DNA of 64,000 bases from the human T2T-CHM13v2.0 reference genome, Homo sapiens: assembly GCF_009914755.1 (NCBI RefSeq), contig NC_060931.1; one strand, written 5' to 3'. The notes beneath the pieces are model-generated. The model ran no database searches. It was not told the origin of the DNA and saw only the letters and a list, made by a program, of their open reading frames with translations. Position numbers and translations under genes: made by a program. Below, one piece after another: positions 55,840 through 64,000 of the stretch; within the stretch, counting starts at the first letter, position 1, and each line of letters starts with the position of its first letter.

Positions 55840-57400
55840 GGATGCAATTTCACAGCCAGGAGCAGCCGCGGTCCCCGCCAGGGCTGCGGTCACGGGCGCT
55901 CGCACCCGGAAGCCGCTCAACAAGTTCCCCGCCGGCTTCGGCTCCGCACCCCCACCCAGCCAGGCTCTCCGCAGAATTTCCTCCCCGCACCTAAAGGCTG
56001 CACTTCATTTTCACACGCGGGAACGCCTCCTCCCGCTGCTCACCTCCACAACTCCCGGCACTCCCGCGACACTTCCCCACAGTCCCCTCCGCCCGCTCCC
56101 CTCACCCCGGCTCGGCACCCATCCTTTCCTAACCCCAAACTGCCCGGCGCCCCGGGCTCTCCGCGCCTGCGCCGCGCCCGAGGACCACCCCCGCCCAACC
56201 CCGGGTCCATCCGATCCTCGGCCCTCTGCGGCGGGGAGAGGGGGCGGACGGTGCACAAAGGTCACCCCGAGCTAACGGAGGCGGTCGGCGCGGGAAACGC
56301 GCTCACCCGCAGGGTGGGGGCGGGGTGCGAAAACCGAAGGAACGACGGAAGGCGCGGACCGGGGCGGGAGCCTCCCCGTCACCAGGGTCCCGCACCTCCC
56401 AGCTCCGGGAGGCGCGCAGGGCTGTGGCTCCCCGTCGCTCCACCGTCTGCGCTCCCAGGCAAGGTCCTCTGGGGCGCCTCGGAACTGCGCGCCCCCAGCC
56501 GCCAGCATGGTGGGCGCCGCGCCTCCGGCAGCACCCGGTCCCCGGCCCCTACCTCCAAGAGCAGCCCGAGCAGCAGCGCCGCCACCTTCGCAGGCTGGCG
56601 CCTCATGGCTCCTCGCGTCCTCTCCAGCGCGCCCGGACGCCGGGTCGCAGGCGCGCTTCGCGACTCGGCCCCCGCGCGGGGCGGGCGGGCAGACTGCAGC
56701 CGGGAGCCGTCCCGCCGACCGCTGGGGGGCCCGGCTGGGAGCGGGCGGGAGCCGGGGCGCGCCGCGCAGCCCTGGCTGCGCTCCGCCCCCGGCCGCCGCG
56801 CGCTCCCGACACGCCCGGCCGGGCGCGCGCCTGCGGGCTCCCGGAACCCGAGGCCCGGCCTGGGGCGCGGCTGCTGGGCGCTAGGCCCGCGACGCTGAGG
56901 TGCGCGCGCCCCGGGCGGGAGGAGGGGCTGCACCGCCTGGCAAATGGGAGGGGGACTGGCAGGCTCTCCCTTCCCAAGGGAGGTCGTCCTGTCGCCCTTG
57001 ACTAAACCCAGGAAGGCTTTTAAAAGAAGCAGAGTCTCCGCGGGGGGAAGCTTGTTCCCTGAGAGGTGGCCGCAGACGAACCCACTGCTCAGTCTGGCAT
57101 CCCGAAGCCGCTCCGCTCCTGGCTCTCCCCGCTGTTCCTGCGCGCAGCGGGGGCAGTGCCCCCACACCCACGCGTGATGGGAAGGCCGGCCTGGGGGTGG
57201 GAAGGCCCACCGAAATAGATGGTCCCCACACCTCACTGCTTCCTTGGATGTGGCTATTTTTTATGCCAGTGTTCTCCTGCTCTGACCCTACTTGAACTTG
57301 ACCGCAACCGGCCCCGCCTTGCAGGCCACCCTCCCGCAGCAGAAAACTGTGCGGAGCTCGCGCTGTCCTCGCCTCCGCTGACCCCACCTCCATGTCCTCA
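55840..57400. promoter_or_regulatory. CpG island / TATA-less promoter of VOPP1
   Basis: Very high GC and CpG density, multiple GC boxes (GGGGCGGG, CCGCCCC), surrounds coding exon 1; no minus-strand ATG for ~490 nt upstream of the start codon. Confidence 0.93.
56553..56606 (-). CDS. VOPP1: VOPP1 coding exon 1 (signal-peptide-like N-terminus MRRQPAKVAALLLGLLLE)
   Basis: ATG at 56606 in context GGAGCCATGA; 18 codons match the recalled VOPP1 N-terminus; ends at donor GAG|GTAGGG (GT at 56552-56551), phase 0; joins in frame to the exon at 5426; lies in a CpG island. Confidence 0.97.
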
Positions 57401-58018
57401 CAGACACTATTTTTTCACAACACAGCTCAGATCCCACCTTCTTCATGAGGTTATTCAACAAACACTATTAAACTTGTAAGATGTACCAGATCCTGAGTTG
57501 GAGGCTGAGAGGAGGACAAGAAAACTGCTCCCGTAGCCTAGAGGGAGGGAGAGTCGCTTAAACCACCTGATGCAGAATGCTGAGTGCGGAGACCAGGAGG
57601 TGGGTGCATCACAGAGGGTCATAAAGGACATGAGCTGCGCAGTACAGGAGGTGGAAGGAGGGGGTCACACGAACAGATGTCACCCGAGGCAAGTCCCCAA
57701 CTCTTTCCCAGCTTTCAAAGCCTAATTTGATTAATATAGAGCATGCACCACCTGACTATACCTGTCAGAGCCAGAACTTACAAGTAAGACAGAAACAATG
57801 CCTATGGCCTTCAGTCATGCTAAGGCACCTATCTGACAAGCCTGCCAAACGCCATTGAACTCTAGTAGTTTTACTATTTACAATGAGGACATTTTACAAC
57901 TCTTTTTAATGGAAAAGTTAACTTGTAGAAAACTAAGCTGAAAGCTTATTGTGTGTTAGCAAGACAAATGTTTTTCCAGTGGGGATAGAAGTGATCTCGT
58001 CCTGTAAAAATGCAAATG

Positions 58019-58170
58019 GGCCAGGCAGGGTGGCTCATGCCTATCATCCCAGCAGTCTGGGAAGCTGAGGTGTGAGAATTGCTTGAGCCCAGGAGTTCAC
58101 CAACCCCAACCTGGGCAACACAGCAAGAACCTGTCTCCATTAAAACGTGTGTGTGTGTGTGTGTGTGTGT
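58019..58170 (+). mobile_element. Alu monomer (FLAM-like) followed by (GT)n
   Basis: Single left-arm-like monomer ending CCTGTCTCCATTAAAA, then ~12 GT units. Confidence 0.85.
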
Positions 58171-58944
58171 ATAAGACAAATGACCCCTGCTTAAGGTGAG
58201 AATCATAACCAGCTTCCTATCTGATTGAGCCACTTCATTCCCAGCGTTTCCTTTCTCTTTTCTCCCCGCTTTTGACTGTGTGTGTAGGTCACTTGCCTGC
58301 ATTCTCCTTTGAAGCACCTTTGTCATCCCACTGTTTCCATCATTAATGGGTTAAAATGGAACTTTGACATGTGTCCACGATGGATTCGTGTGCAAATTGT
58401 GGTTCTGTTGCATTGTGAGCAACCTACTAGTGTCTGACATAACCTCCCTTCTGCATCTCTCTCTGCCTGGAAGATTGTTTTGCTGAGCTCGACTTCCTGT
58501 AATTTGTGCAAGTTTTTTTCCAAGTATAAAATTAGAACTGTGACTCTGCTTTCACCTCAGTCTGATACCTCTCCTGTGTGCTCTCTGTTTGGTCCTGAAT
58601 GATGTGGTGGTTGCTTGGCATGGTTGGAGGATGGGGTGTAGGCTAACCAGCCAGGCTGTTTCCTTGAGCACAAATTATAAGGGCATCAGATACCACTGAA
58701 AAAGTTACAAGATAAAGCTGCATTCACTAGAACAACTGTTAAAGTTGGACTTGGGGTTAGAAGAAAGTTCTTGATGAGTTGTTTGGGGCAGGACTGGACA
58801 TGTCCTGGTCTGCTCAGCTGCCCCTGAGGAGTAAGGACCCAGAGCCTGGAGCATGTGTGTTGCCAAAGGAAACAAATAAGAGAGAGACTGGGCTTGACCT
58901 GTAGCTTCCCTGCAAAACTGTGGAGTCTACATGAATGATGAACA

Positions 58945-59915
<971 letters not shown>

Positions 59916-59921
59916 TGATGT

Positions 59922-60481
59922 TGATACCAGTGGGCTAGGGGAGGTCCCCCAAATGCCAAGGGGATCTTGACCTCCGCCGGTGTCCAGCCTCTTGACACCA
60001 TCGCAAGAAGGAATTCAAGGATGAGTCGAAAATAGTGAAAGTATGATTTATTGCAAAGCAAAAAGCACTCAAGAAAGCGATTGCTGGCATACTCAAGAGA
60101 GAGTTGTGCAAATGGAGTTTGGGGCTGCTACTACCTTTATGGGTTTCTTTAATCAAGAGGTGGAATATTCATGAAAATTTCTGGGAAAAGGTGGAGAGTT
60201 CTTGGAACTGTGATGCAACCCATTTGTACACCAAATGTGGGTGTTCTTGGAACTGTTATGGCACTGGTAAGTGTGTGATTTAGTATGTTAATGAGTGTAT
60301 AATGAAGTCCTAGGTGAAACCTGGGTCAAGCCCAGTGCTATGTTGGATCCAGTCAGTCTTAGCCAGCTTGGTCCACACCTTCGTTTTTCGGGGTCTTAAC
60401 AGCCCACAGCCTCTAGTCATGTGAAACTGCTCCCTGGAATTTTTTATTCTCCTGTGATCACCCTGTTTTATTCTTGTGTCA
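59922..60481 (-). mobile_element. Complete ERV1 solo LTR (MER50/MER73-like)
   Basis: Minus strand begins TGACACAAGAATAAAACAGGGTGATCACAGGAGAATAAAAAATTCCAGGGAGCAGTTTCACATGACTAG; TG..CA ends; 4-bp TSD ATGT at 59918-59921 and 60482-60485. Confidence 0.85.
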
Positions 60482-60493
60482 ATGTGGTCCTTG

Positions 60494-60979
60494 TGCCAAC
60501 AAAAAAGAGTCAACCTTTGTAAAATATTTGAAGAGATTTATTCTGAGGTAAATATGAGTGGCCAAAGCCCAAGTCAGTCTCAAGAGGTTCGAGAACATGT
60601 GCCTAAGGTAGTTGGGTTGCAACTTGATTTTATACATTTTAGGAGAACAGAAGTTACAGGCAGACATCAATCAATACACGTAAGGTGTACATTGGTTTGG
60701 TCTGGAAAGGCAGGAAAACTTGAACTGGGGATTAAGGGGCCTTCCAGGACATAGATATTTTCAAAGATTTTCTGTTTGCCAATTGGTTGAAGAAGTTAAG
60801 TTATTATCTAAAGACCTGGAAACAACAGAAAGTCGTGTCTGGGTTAAGATGAGGCTTGTCCCACCTCCTGTCCCATCATTGCCTGAACTAGTTTTTTAGG
60901 TTTCCTTTGGGATTCCCTTGGCTGAGAGGAGGGATCCATTCAGTTAGTTGGAGTCTTAGAATTTTATTTTTGGTTTACA
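60494..60979 (-). mobile_element. ERV1 solo LTR (MER4-family)
   Basis: Minus strand begins TGTAAACCAAAAATAAAATTCTAAG; typical AAAATATTTGAAGAGATTTATTCTGAG; flanks CTTG/CTCA (consistent with a CTCG TSD decayed on opposite strands). Confidence 0.85.
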
Positions 60980-61079
60980 CTCACACTCCCTGGTGTCTGC
61001 ATTCAGCCCTCTGTATCATAGTTGTTTAAGTGGCTATTTCTCCATTTAGATTCCAGGCAAGGGATGAGGTGACTTGTTG

Positions 61080-61460
61080 TGTTAAATAAAGTTTAGCCTA
61101 AAGTTCATACATGTTTAAGTTCAACCTAAAGATTTTTCTGTTCATGGTGAACTATAACAAGTGGAGGTGGAAACAAACCATAGCCTACACTTGTGCCAAT
61201 CAACAAGTTTTGGCCAATCAAATGTAGCCAAGTGTTCAAACTGTGTTCAAATAAGGCAAACGCTGAGTTGCAACCAATCCAGCAGTTTCTGTGCCTCACT
61301 TCTGTTTTCTGTAGATGACTTTCCTTTTTCTATCCATAAATCTTCCACCATGTGGCTGCGCTGGAGTCTCTGGGCCTACCCTGGCTCAGAGGGCCGCCTG
61401 ATTCATGAATCGTTCATTGCTCAATTAAAGTCATTTAAATTTAATTTGACTTCAGTTTTT
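61080..61460 (+). mobile_element. ERV1 LTR (MER57-like), 3' terminus interrupted by L1
   Basis: TGTTAAATAAAGTTTAGCCTAAAG start; three CCAAT boxes; GTTCAAATAAGGCAAACGCTGAG. Confidence 0.85.

Positions 61461-64000
<2,540 letters not shown>

Noticed and set aside
55826-57393. Multiple long overlapping ORFs (149-285 aa) on both strands
   Set aside because: Low-complexity Pro/Arg/Gly/Ala translations expected from stop-poor CpG-island DNA, mostly with non-ATG starts; only the 54 nt of VOPP1 exon 1 are supportable.

Overview
Primate, almost certainly human, genomic DNA containing the 5' half of VOPP1 (ECOP/GASP; recalled location 7p11.2 next to EGFR) on the minus strand. Coding exon 1 (MRRQPAKVAALLLGLLLE, 56553-56606) lies in a CpG-island promoter (~55.8-57.4 kb). 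A 51,126-nt phase-0 intron 1 follows, then the 59-nt exon 2 (CTEAKKHCWYFEGLYPTYY-I, 5368-5426); intron 2 runs off the left edge. Much of the remainder is interspersed repeat: about 20 Alus (many with intact target-site duplications), old L1M/L2/L3/MIR remnants, six ERV1-type LTRs, a MaLR LTR, a Tigger-type DNA transposon and a frameshifted L1PA at the right edge. Nearly all ORFs in the supplied track are Alu, L1 or GC-rich artefacts. I find no sequence evidence for a new gene family or multi-gene system. The most interesting observations are smaller: candidate alternative first exons that would delete the VOPP1 signal peptide, a 44-bp inverted copy pasted from one L1 into a neighbouring L1, a fold-back insertion scar, a closely spaced inverted Alu pair, a CpG-retaining old L1 patch with two TCGCGA motifs, and a candidate poison exon. 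Repeat subfamily names and old-repeat boundaries are from visual recognition and are approximate.
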